A stretch of DNA of 64,000 bases, taken from positions 48,050,001-48,114,000 of the forward strand of contig NC_043001.1 in the NCBI RefSeq assembly GCF_006345805.1. Reading direction: 5' to 3'. Origin of the DNA: Octopus sinensis (lineage: Eukaryota). Positions 40,069 to 52,049 of this stretch are shown piece by piece (positions within the stretch are counted from its first letter, which is position 1; every line of letters starts with the position of its first letter). The notes under the pieces were generated by a model. That model did not search any database. It was not told the DNA's origin and was given only the letters and a program-made list of their open reading frames with translations. Both the position numbers and the translations under genes were made by a program.

Positions 40069-40983
40069 CGGGCTTTTGCAGAATTTGCGTCCACTAAATT
40101 CAAATCGCATAATATTTGTCAGGTCTCGGCCGTGGTAGAAGACATTTGCTCAAAATATCGCCCAGATTGATCGAAACCGAAACGACTTCATAACTGCATT
40201 GCTATGCAACACCAAAACTTTAATGGAATTAACGTCAATCGGAAATCGAAACCGGGTCGAATAATAATAATCGGTCGACAGAAGTGAGTGTTTGAGTAAA
40301 CAGAGAGAAAAAAAAGTCCTTGCTTTGCAGCAGAGAGAAATCTGTCATTGTAACGTTCACGAGTTTCCGTAGGATATCAACAGTGTAAGTTATGTGTATT
40401 TAAATAGATATTAAAACTCTATCACTGTCGGGTCAGGTCATTTGATTACGTCATAGTATCGCTGCTGATTAACACATATAGAACGATCTATTGTGAGGTA
40501 GTCCTTGTTATGACGTCTACAGAGTTAGTGTTAACGGATTATTTTAAACATATCGATTTTGTAAGACCGGTATTTTGGTCGCTGGTCTAAAGAATCTGGT
40601 GGTGTTTTTATTATATAATTATTTTATTATCTGTTTTTCTCTATCGCAATGGTATCGTCGATTACATGTTTTTAATGAACCAATCATTGGTCCATTGCAT
40701 TTCCGATTGCGAGAGTGGGTTAGGATTGTCTAACTGGGCGGAACAAATGAAACATAGGTTATTTTTGTTGAAAGCACTGATTTTCAGGCAAACGTTTACA
40801 TCTTTCGTCGACGTATATCAGCAACAGATATACACAGAAATACCTAAAAACAAACATACACAATCATATACACCCATAGATAAATACATACATGCATGTG
40901 TACATGCGTGCCTACGTACGTACATACATACGCACACACACGCAGGCATACACACACCTACATACATATATACATACATACAT

Positions 40984-41460
40984 AGACAAATTGTGTGCAG
41001 TAGTAGAAACCAGTTGTCCAGCAGATATTAACATGAAGCTAAAGATCAATGAAACAGAAAATACCTACGTTGAACTATTGATAAATCTTCAGTAACTCTA
41101 CCCAGGTTACAAGTTCAGGTTTATGTGTGTTATTATTGGGGCACTGGTATATGTAATACACTGCATATGTACCAATCTTGAGAAATTAAGTTTCTCAAAA
41201 CCAGAAAGGAATAAGCGGATCCGAGCCAACCCTGAAACTGTAAAAATTTCTAAAACTTTATCATTTACGTATATATACGCATGTCTAGGCACACAACTGT
41301 ATGCAAGAGAATACATGCATAAAACAGAACATAAAAATCTGCACATGTATTCACATACATGCAAAAATACCCTCTAGATGCTGTTGAAATTCAATTGAAG
41401 GAACATTGGAAACCAGCTCTTTCTCTATTGGTAAGAAATCTTGAGATAAAACTGAATGAT
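40984..41460 (+). mobile_element. R4-like family A 3' end
   Basis: Colinear with 2950-3420 (gttgtccagcagatattaac; aagttcaggttt; ggggcactgg; aaaccagaaagg; 3' UTR ending aaactgaatgatga); followed by (CATA)n. Confidence 0.85.
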
Positions 41461-41574
41461 GACACACATAAATGCACATACACCTATACATACATACATA
41501 CATACATACATACATACATACATACATACATACATACATACATACATACGTAGGTACGTACGTACGTACATACA

Positions 41575-41606
<32 letters not shown>

Positions 41607-41628
41607 CATACATACATACATACATACA

Positions 41629-41659
<31 letters not shown>

Positions 41660-43284
41660 GTGAGCACCATTCGCACGATTTCATTATATGAAATTCTACT
41701 TACAAAGAATTTGTCAACGCGAGAAGTTAATTGTAAAATGTTCCGCGTATTCGGATCAAGCCCAGTTAGAAAGTTAGACTAGTTAGAAAGTTACTTCTGT
41801 AAAGCACATGCTCAATGGACGAATTCCTTGGAGGATTTCTTAGTAGTTGTCTGTACCTTGATATTATTTAGATCATCACGGTAATACCTCTCTCAATTCG
41901 TGCGCAGAAATAAGCAGTAAAAGTGGAAGGCTCTTATATTACATGATGTCATACAGTGATACTACATGACCACTTATTTATTGAAGAAATAACTTGCATA
42001 TCGATTCTAGATGGAGAAAATTTCAATTCAACTCCAGTACGACTTCAATTTGGAGTGTAAAGTGACATCAATAAATCCAGCACCCTGCATAATATGTCAT
42101 CTACTATCACACTCCTATGTGATATAATATTTACAGTTGCTCATCATCCAATCATTCAGGCTGGTTTCGAAATAATAAATGCCATATCATTGCATCTTCG
42201 TTCAATGACACCAATAATCTCTTTCGAAATTCATTTAAACTATGACGTTATCACACAATAAATCTTATTATATCTCGTAATAAATCTATCATGCACTTCC
42301 TCTGCATAGTTTAGTAATATCGTTTACATCACATTATGGCTAGGATATTTAATACTACACTGATTCAGATACCTGGATATAAAATATGACCCATATGTAG
42401 TTACAAAAGCGGATAAATTAGGAAATTAATTACCTTCGTTTAATACTGTGGAGTTGTTGAGAAAACGGGATATTGTAAGATGCACTGGTCAATTATTATT
42501 GCTTAAGTACTATCAAAGTTACTACCGCAGTGGGGAGAGCGATTATACACTCATTGATTAAAGTTCGGCTAGAGTTCATGTAATTTTTATTGAAGAGGTT
42601 TGTTACGTAATCGATAACGAAACAAGAGATAGTATAAAACAAAAATATCAGCAGATGAAACAAGACATTTTAGAAAAAATAGCGCTGTGTTTCACCTACG
42701 TACATCAATGATATAAAGCTGTTCTATACTAATCAACCCTGCTAATTGTATCTAATGTCCTCTTTTAACATACATTTCACAGAGGATAACGCCATCATTT
42801 TCAACTGTTTAGCAAGGTCTAAGGAAGTCGCAAAATTCACCTTCGTTCATATGTTATGTATTTTGTTTATTTTGTGTCACCATCTTTAATAGTATTAATT
42901 TCCTTGTAACTTCTGCCCTACATTGAAGAAATTCATACGTTTTAGTCTAGTCAAATATAACACACGATTGCATTTTTCTCTTTAACATGATAACATTTTA
43001 AACAAGTTAAGTACAAGAGACAAATAGTTTTCCCTTTCTTTCTTCTTCACAACTTGTTCGCGTGACTCAACTGATGAATGTTATCAACATTAATAGTAAT
43101 GCTTCGGTCAAAATATTTTAAACACGCCTTAAGTTATATTTTAGCGTATGTTTGGAACGAGAGAAAAGTAAAACAAAGAAATATTCCCAATTTCTGTTCA
43201 TATGTGATGTGTACAGGTTATATGTGTAATCTACAAAGCAAATATATTTACTCGTATATACTAATATCATTTTCTATAAAAGCA

Positions 43285-43480
43285 CAGAGCCTGAAATTTT
43301 GTGGGAGGTGGATAGTCGATAACATCGACCCCATTACTTGACTGGTACTTATTTTATCGACCCTGAAAGGATAAGAGGCAAATTCGACCTTGGCGGAAAT
43401 TTAACTTAGAAAGTAAAAGCAAATGAAATGCCGCTAAGCATTTCGCCCACCGTGCTAATGATTCTGCCAGCTCGCAGCCT
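43285..43480 (-). mobile_element. SINE family 2 copy
   Basis: Reverse complement begins ggctgcgagctggcagaatcattagcacggtgggcgaaatgcttagcgg. Confidence 0.85.
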
Positions 43481-43559
43481 TACGCGCATGTATTAATATC
43501 GATAAACCGTAATGTTTCTATGAGAGAAAGAAGGGTTACTCTAACGCGGTCACCTTTTA

Positions 43560-43975
43560 TCATTTACTTGCTTCAATCACTGAACTATGGCCATGTTGGG
43601 GTACTGACTTAGAGAGATTAGTCGAACAAATCGACCCTAGTACTAATTTTCTTATTAGCCTGGCTTATTCTGTGGGTTTCCCTTGCCGAACCGCTGCATT
43701 TTAAGCAAACCAAAACCCGGTTGTCAGCCGGTAGTAGAAGTCAAATGCAACACGAATTTAAATACACGCACATACATATACATACACAGACACACACATA
43801 TATCCCTATATATATTTATATACGACTGGTGTCTTTCAGTCCCCCTCTACCAAATCTACCCCCAAGGAGTTTCTCGGACCGGAGCTATAGCAGAAGTGTC
43901 TTACTCAAGGTGTCATGCAGTCAGAGTGAATCTAAGGCTACATGGCTGTCAACAAAGCTTCTTAAGCACACAACC
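43560..43975 (-). mobile_element. decayed SINE family 1 copy
   Basis: ttagtcgaacaaatcgaccctagtact...gccgaaccgctg...ctaccaaatc...gctatagcagaagtgtc. Confidence 0.75.
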
Positions 43976-44996
43976 ACAAAATCTTAACAAGTCCCTTTTT
44001 AATGTGGCAAAACACTGCTGATGCTTTCCTTTAAAACCCTGAGTGAGCTGCTCTATTCCAGCACCTGCTAAATGTCATGACATCACCATTGAACTACTTC
44101 GATGCAGTCAAAATTGTACGTAGAATATGTGTCCCATTTGAACCACAGAAATCAATTTCATTAGTCGCACACTAGAGTGCACGCTAAAAGTATAATTATT
44201 GGTATAAATATAGGGATGACCAGCAATACATTTGTGAACGTCGTATAACTAATTTAACAGAAAGATTTACTACTAATTAGTTCATAGATTAAAAATATAC
44301 AAAGATATACACTATAATTACAAACACGATTTAGCTGCCTGATTACAACTGTCACTGAGCTTACCTGTTATTAGAACCATTGATATGTAACGTAAGCATT
44401 GCTTAAGCGTATAAATACAAGCACTTCTACTGAGGTATATTACCACTACAACTGAGTTGGCTCATTATAATTAAATGTAAGACGCTTCATTACAGGCACA
44501 GCCTAGCCAAAGTCATAACAACCAATACTGATATACATCATTAAAACCGATTTATTACAATCAATATTGGTAACGTGAAAACGATGTCTTTAGTTTTGCT
44601 TTCATTCCATTGTTTCAAAGTTTTGCATAGAGCTGGTATTCAAACGGTTATAATTAATTTAACACAGTATAAATGTGTTTATATGTGTATGTGCGTGTGT
44701 ATGTGTGTATATACTTTATTAATATGGGATACAATGTATGTGCGTAGTTAAACGCTGTGATGCTACGGTAGGACGTCCAGAGATGAACTCCTTTAAAGAG
44801 ACATTGCGTTTATAAACACAGCATCACTTAAAGCTAGGCAAAACGAAATCACACCGGAAATGAAAGAGAGCGGCAGATATTGATATTTCGCGGTCACTTC
44901 TGCACTTCAATGCAACATACCATTCACCATTGAAACGACCTGCCTCGGCCAGTTAGAGGTATTTATACGAATAGCATAGGGCCCCCAAAAACCACA

Positions 44997-45010
44997 ACAC
45001 CAGATGGCGC
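44997..45010 (+). promoter_or_regulatory. CTCF-like motif ACACCAGATGGCGC
   Basis: Matches 13 of 14 positions of the CCASYAGRKGGCRS core. Motif only; no binding data. Confidence 0.35.
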
Positions 45011-45034
45011 TTAATTTCTTGCTCACGACTACAG

Positions 45035-45116
45035 GACATGTCTTATGAATCAGACCCTCTGCCTATGTGGGAATCAGTTCCTGTGCCCCAAGAAGAATAG
45101 TGAATTTTTAAATACT
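45035..45116 (+). CDS. candidate 82-nt coding exon of an unidentified gene (DMSYESDPLPMWESVPVPKKNSEFLNT)
   Basis: Acceptor ttaatttcttgctcacgactacAG and consensus donor G|GTAAGT; frame 0 is open; sequence not recognised as a repeat. Confidence 0.35.
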
Positions 45117-45383
45117 GGTAAGTAAGCCTTGTCTTCGGTTCATGATTACTGAATACATACAGGCATACATACATACATACATACATACATACATACATAC
45201 ATACATACATACATACATACGTACATACATACATACTTACAACATACATATGTGAGCACATACATATATACGCTCCCACAAACACGCACACATACATACT
45301 TCATAAATACATCATAATACATATATATATATATGTGTGTGTTTGTATATATATATATATTATATATATATATATATATATAA

Positions 45384-46216
45384 ATCCAAAAACAGAATAA
45401 GAACGTAACGGACGACAATAAAAGCATACGGACAGAGGACAGATAGACGATACACAGACGGACAGGAAAGACCAGGACGGATAATTCGTGGTATTCTTTC
45501 ATCAGTCAAGCTTCCAATCATCATTACAGTTTCGGCTTGTTACAGTTGAGACTGTTTAAAATTGGTAGGCCCCAAAAATCTAAGCTAAGTGCATTAAATT
45601 TTGGGGAAGAATGCAAGCGAATATGTGCGACAACACAGACAAAAAAACGAGAAAACGGAGAAAATGTTACACTATTACAAATATAAACAACAAGAATAAC
45701 AGGTGTCATTCGACTAATAAGGACAAGTTAAATTGAGCTGGCGTGAAAGTGGAAGCCTTAAGGCACAAACAGAAATGAAAGTCAGGAGACAGGAAAATAT
45801 GTTGTCCGGGCGGCAGTCAAGCCAAGAAAGAAAGATCATGCTTGGCCGAACACCGATCTTGTGGGAGGAAAAGAAATAGGTAGGAGGCTTACGCCAGCTA
45901 AATTAGACTTATCTTTATTAGTCGAAAGACACCTGTTGTTGTTCTTGTTTTTATTTGTAATTGTGTAACATTTTCTCCGTTTTTTCATTTTATTGACTGT
46001 GTTTTCGCATATATTCGCTTGCTTAGAATTTTTGTGCCTACCAATTTTGAACAGTCTTACGTGTAATAGGCTGAAACTATAATAATAATTGGAAGCTTAG
46101 CTGATGAAAGAATGCCACAAATGTTTCGTCCTAGTTTTTCCTGTCCATATTTGTATCGTCTATCTGTCTGTATGCTTTTATTGTCGTGTGTTACGTTCTT
46201 ATTCTCCTTTTTGGAT
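45384..46216. mobile_element. foldback/MITE-like element with long imperfect inverted arms in (TA)n
   Basis: 45384-45758 is colinear with the reverse complement of 45885-46216 (atccaaaaa..gaataagaacgtaac; ttctttcatcag; aaattggtaggc; ggagaaaatgttacac; agctggcgt); spacer about 126 bp. Confidence 0.8.
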
Positions 46217-46268
46217 GTAGATATACATATAGCGGCGTATGTATATCTTTTGCTCAGTTTGTAAGTAA

Positions 46269-46305
<37 letters not shown>

Positions 46306-46344
46306 CATATACAAGTATGTATGTATATATATATATATATATAC

Positions 46345-46405
<61 letters not shown>

Positions 46406-46420
46406 TATAATATATATATA

Positions 46421-46475
<55 letters not shown>

Positions 46476-47339
46476 TATACATAACCAGAGATAAAAGGGA
46501 TTAATAAATCCAGGCATATATCTGGAAAGTACCCACTATTAAGCGAACTTGGTTAACTACATCGAACAATCAGATAGCAATACGTTCAAATAGAATTAAC
46601 ATCTAAGTTAATTCCTTGTGCATGATAATTAATCCGGGGTGTATAACATGAAATTGAATGGAGAAAGTCGTATCTTTAATTAATGATTATACCATACATT
46701 ACCGGTGATTATTTCTATTATGTCAGAATATTCAGATATACAAAAACGGACAAAATGACAGTGAAACCATTATATCCGAAAATTTATGCTAAACACAATG
46801 TTATCAAGGTAAACCAGAACAGATTAAATTGGAAGTGAACTGAAATAATATGTATAATACATGAACGCATGCAAAACGAATGTTAGGAAGAAATATAGCA
46901 ATCCAACAAAAACCCGTTTAGTATTTAAACTTATGATGACGTCAGTAGATAACAAAAGAATAAAAAAATAAACATAGAGTTTCTTTCTCAGCACATTTAG
47001 TTATCTACCTGCCTACATGTGTGTGTGTGTGCGGGTGTGTGTGTGTGTGTGTGCGTGTGCATGCGTGCGTGTGTGTGTGTGTTTGTGTGTGTGTATGCGT
47101 GTGTGTGTGTGTGCGTGCGTGCGTGTTAAACAAATAAACAAATTACGAAAATTATGCTTGTTATACCATAGGAAAGCCAATTATTATTATGGCGATATTT
47201 ACTGTTGAAATCTTTAAATGCTTTCCTATATTTATGGAAACATTTCAGCATAAGACTGGTTCTACATTTTAATATTTTTAATTTTGAAATAATTATATAA
47301 TAAATTTCCTCTAGGCTAAAATCACATTTAATATTACCA

Positions 47340-48850
47340 GAAATTATGGAAGATTATAAAATAATATCTGGGGAAAATTTATTTAACATTAAATTAATTG
47401 TGAAGGAAGTAGTTGAAGATTTACAAGTAGAAGACTGGATTGAAACTTACACTCCCAAATACCCTAGAATAAACGCAAAGGACCATAAACTTAATTTTAA
47501 TATCAATCTGCAAGTTAGGCTAATTTGCCCCTGTAAATTGGATATTGATAAGAATGGTAAATTAAGTATTGAGAAGTATATTCCTAAGCTTAGACAAAAT
47601 ATTATTTATGTTTAGTGTCTAATCCCTTGTATGTATTTGATTGGTTCATTGATATTATGGATAAAAAGCGTGCTAAATTCATTCAATTAGGTTTATCGAA
47701 ATTATTACTCATCTATCAACCCTATACTACTTAATAAGGTCTTAATTTTCGCGATGAAGAATTCTGAATTATCTAAACATGAAGTTGATATAATACTAAC
47801 GGTTAGAAAAACCGTAACAGAATTCGACGGAAAGCACAGAACCAAAGCTGATAAACCTGATAATTTCGACTTTAATATGGAGTTCAGCTACTCAGCACAA
47901 GTAACTGATTTAGTGGGCGTTTATATTCTCAACTGTGCATATAGAGAATTTCCTGAATTAGGAAGTGGATTGTATAGGGATTATGCTCTATTCCCTATCC
48001 ACAGATCTAGTAAGGTTAATCTTGAAAGGTCACGGAAAACACTTTTTGAAGATTTTAAGCACCTCAGTCTGTCTCTTTTCGTAGAAAATTATTATAGTGA
48101 GGTTAACGTCTTTGATGTCTCTCTAGATTTATGTACAGGACAACACTAACAATATCATAAAACGAATGAATGCTTAAGTTATGTGAAGGAAAAAATTCCA
48201 ATCATCCTAAAAACATGATAAATTCTATTGTCAATTATGAAACAAACTATAATTATAATTTTCCTGAATTAGTTTTTTTATATTTTAGGTGAAGGTGAAA
48301 TTGATAGTACCTTTTAGATAACATACTAATGATATTGATTATAATATTGCTAATTATCCTGGTTTAACAAACAATTCTGAGAGTAGAGTTAGTACTAAGT
48401 CTTTTAACAATGTGTACTACATGCAAGTGAATAAAAGCCTGCGTAAGTTCAAGAACAAACTTACGTCCTTTAGAAAATCAATGTTTATAGAAGTATATAG
48501 TATATCAAAGTACGGCAATTGTAGGAGATCGTACGTATTATTACATCAGTTGTTCTGCTATAATTTGGAAATCTGCATTAGATAACCATTCTTCTTCATT
48601 TTAGTCTACAAGAAAATTTAATTCTACGAATCTTAGTAAATGCATCTGTGATTTGAAAGACCGGAGACTGACTACGATATAATTTGGTCTATTATTAGTT
48701 ACGCTCCATCGTACAATGCTGGTAATTTTAATGCGATCTTTGCCTAGAAGAAATGTATTATACAATTGCTTCAACATTAAAATTATATAATTTTTGACCC
48801 AGTCTTATAGCGAAATATTCCCATAAATATTGAAAAGCATTTAAATAGTT
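47340..48850 (+). mobile_element. decayed Penelope-like element (RT and GIY-YIG)
   Basis: KDHKLNFN...VRLICPCK; DWFIDIMDKKRAKFIQL; VTDLVGVYIL...GLYRDY; VFDVSLDL; IVYQSTAIVGDRTYYYISC; NLSKCICDLK...IIWSIISYAPSY...CDLCLEE. Confidence 0.85.
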
Positions 48851-49315
48851 CAATAGTGAATAACGCCTTAATTATGATTGCTTTCTTTATAATCTTCTAA
48901 CAAGCATAACATTCCTCATTTGTTTAGCATATATATAAATAAATATATAGCAAGATAACTAAATGTCGTGACGTAGAATTTCAATGTTTATCTTTTATAC
49001 TTTCGTTATCATAAGTTTAAACACTAACTGGATTTTCGAAGAATGTTATATTTCTTCTTAACATTCTTTTTGTATGCGTTCATGTATTATAGATATTATT
49101 TCAGTTCACTTTCAGTTTAATCTGTTTTGGTTTACCTTGATAACATTGTGTTTAGCATAAATTCTCGGATAAAATGGTTTCACTGGTATTTTGTACCATT
49201 TTATATCTAAATATTCTGACATAATAGAAATAATCTCCAGTAATATGTGGTATAATCATCAATTAAAGATATGATCACTCCATCCTTGTTCATATTGCTT
49301 TCTCTCTCCCTCCCT

Positions 49316-49362
<47 letters not shown>

Positions 49363-49479
49363 TAACCACAGACATAACAGAAAAAAATAGACACACATAA
49401 AACATCATTTTATGTCTATTCCAACTTGTAAGAGTTTATATTTTTTATTAATTGACATTTTTATGTTTCAGGTTCTATA

Positions 49480-50278
49480 TGTGACTGTTTAATCATGCTA
49501 TGTACAAAAGAAGCCCTGGAATTGTCTGAAAAGATTGGGACAGTGAGATGGTGGAGAGGCCTCTAGCATTTTGGGACACTGTTATATTTTCTGATGAGTC
49601 CAGATTTGCTGTATTTCCTGACAGTGGTCGAGTGTGGGTTTGAAGACTCTGTGATTAAAAATTTATTTGATGTGAAAATATTGCAGTCAACAATGAAATA
49701 TGGCAGCTATTCTGTGATGACCTGGGGAGCAATTTGGAGCAATGGTTGATCAGAGTTGGTTGAGTGTGAGGAAAACATAAAATCATATAAATATGTGTCC
49801 ATGTTGCAGAAAGCACTCGTTCCAATCTTCTCAAGTGGTGAAATGATTAAAGAAGATGCTTTATTTATGGAAGATGGGCTACATGTCACACAGCTAAAAG
49901 TGGCCCAAGATTTCTTGGAAGAGAATGACATTAAAAAGCTTCCATGGCCAAACATGTCACTTAATATAACCCTATTGAACACCTCTGGGGAATAATGGAC
50001 AGGACACTTCACAAAAAGAACAAGAAAGCATCTTCAAAGCCAGATCTTTTGAGATTACTGCATGAAACTTGACGCGAGATTCCGCAAAAAAATATTCGCC
50101 ATCTGATCAGTAATATGGGTAATATGGTCCTTGCATTGAAAAATGCAAAGTGCATGTCTACTAAATATTAAATATTCACATTATAATAATTAATAAATGA
50201 TTTGAATGTATAATTTCAGATTTAAATAAATCATAATGATTATCAGGGTGTCTATTTACTTTTGTCATGTCGGTGTAC
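49480..50278 (+). mobile_element. Tc1-like transposon 3' part
   Basis: WDTVIFSDESRF...SVMTWGAIWS...FMEDG...IKKLPWP; TIR-like tctatttacttttgtcatgtcggtg followed by TA at about 50278. Confidence 0.85.
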
Positions 50279-50467
50279 GTATGTATATATATATATTATA
50301 TAGTGACCTATTTTTGCCATTTCAATATGGCTAACCCCTAAGGGTGGATGCTACTGTAGTTTTTAGCCCCAGGAGGACACACTCCTCCAGCTGGCCATAG
50401 ACACACTATCTGTGTCCTGTCAGTATTTGCAAAGGGAAGTCATCCTTCCCGTCTTCAACTTATGATA

Positions 50468-50512
50468 CACACGGACTCGAGTTTCGAGGTATTGACCTCT
50501 CGTCAGCGTGTG
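50468..50512 (-). ncRNA. minimal type I hammerhead ribozyme
   Basis: Exact reverse complement of 50901-50945. Confidence 0.9.
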
Positions 50513-50900
50513 ACAATCATAGTTGTCGCCGAGAATTAGATTTCCTTCACAAATACTTATACTTTTTCCAGCGTCCACTGTCGCTGATATTGAAAAAGTG
50601 AAATCAAACAATGATAAATATCAAAGTGAGTTATATACAGTAGCGGTAACACATCGTGACGTATTTTTTTGCCATTTCAAATGGCTAACCCCTAAGGTGG
50701 ATGCTACTGTAGTTTTTAGCCCCAGGAGGACACACTCTCCAGCTGGCCATACGTCACGATTTGTTACCGCTACTGTATATAACTCACTTTGATATTTATC
50801 ATTGTTTGATTTCACTTTTTCAATATCAGCGACAGTGGACGCTGGAAAAAGTATAAGTATTTGTGAAGGAAATCTAATTCTCGGCGACAACTATGATTGT

Positions 50901-50945
50901 CACACGCTGACGAGAGGTCAATACCTCGAAACTCGAGTCCGTGTG
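50901..50945 (+). ncRNA. minimal type I hammerhead ribozyme, predicted cleavage after C50939
   Basis: cacacg-CTGACGA-gaggt(caat)acctc-GAAA-c(tcga)GTC-cgtgtg: perfect 6-bp stem I, 5-bp stem II, full catalytic core, and short stem III with palindromic ACTCGAGT. Confidence 0.92.
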
Positions 50946-52049
50946 TATCATAAGTTGAAGACGGGAAGGATGACTTCCCTTTGCAAATACTGACAGGACA
51001 CAGATGTGTGTCTATGGCCAGCTGGAGGAGTGTGTCCCCTGGGCTAAAACTACAGTAGCATCCCACCTTAGGGTAGCCATATTGAAATGGCAAAAAATAC
51101 GTCACGATTGTGTTACCGCTACTGTATATAACTAACTCACTTTGGTATTTATCATTATATATATATTATATTATATATATATATATATATATATTATTAT
51201 ATATTCAACATTTGTTTTCAGATATTTAATATGTTAACGAAAGAATGCAGGCACTTTGACAACTAATTGACATAAATTTCTAAAATATTGCTAATGCTAT
51301 TGTTCCCCTGTGCGAAAGCGGTTTTGTGTTAATTTATTGCAGGCCGTTTGATCTTCATTCACTCAAGGATTTGACCTTGTTGTCTTCAAGTACGAGAGAA
51401 ATAGTAGCTACTTACATCATGGGAAATACGTTACCATTTCCGAATACTTTGGGAGTTATTAAACCGCCTTTATTGTAAACTAAAACCACTCAGGTAATAT
51501 GATGAATCGACTTAACAAATTTGGCGACAGTACAATAACAAGATTCGCCTGCAAATAAATATACCACATTATCAATCATACGAAATGTTCTAATAACATT
51601 TTGCTGAACATAAAAGTAAAAAGATAAATACTAATGGAATGTAGCATAACACAATTCCACTACAATAAAACATTAAATATAACATTAGCATGGATGACAA
51701 CACAATAGAATATCGAAGTAATAAACACTATTAGCCAAAAGGGATGTAGTAATAGAAAATAATGAACAGACAAGTCCAGCCGGAACACTGTCAAATAATA
51801 AGAGGAAAGAACGATTCCTTATAAACACAATGAATTGAGTGAATTAGAAAACAGGAATTAAGTAACTTAGACAAGAATCGAGTGGTTTAGATAGAAGAAA
51901 TATAGCAAAATTTTGAAGAGAGAAAATTTATTCAAATTGAAAACAGGTTACAAGCTAGTAAATATTTTTGTTGTTGATATTTGCTGTATATATATAGAAC
52001 GACACAAATCAGACAAGACCCATTCGCTTCTCTTTGTGTTTATTATCAT

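Larger units (their letters stand above)
50302..51156. mobile_element. palindromic array of an about 350-bp hammerhead-containing unit (retrozyme or PLE pseudo-LTR-like)
   Basis: Left arm 50302-50751 (minus sense) and right arm 50749-51156 (plus sense). Unit start cgtcacg recurs at 50752 and 51100 (348 bp apart). Flanks are TA-rich. Confidence 0.9.

Noticed and set aside
46060-46125. CTGATGA and GAAAC motifs in the foldback arms as a hammerhead
   Set aside because: The order, strand and stems do not fit type I, II or III topology.
50802-50993. Duplicated 63- and 89-aa ORFs in the palindrome
   Set aside because: They start at TTG-type codons, show no recognisable domain and are duplicated only because the arms are.
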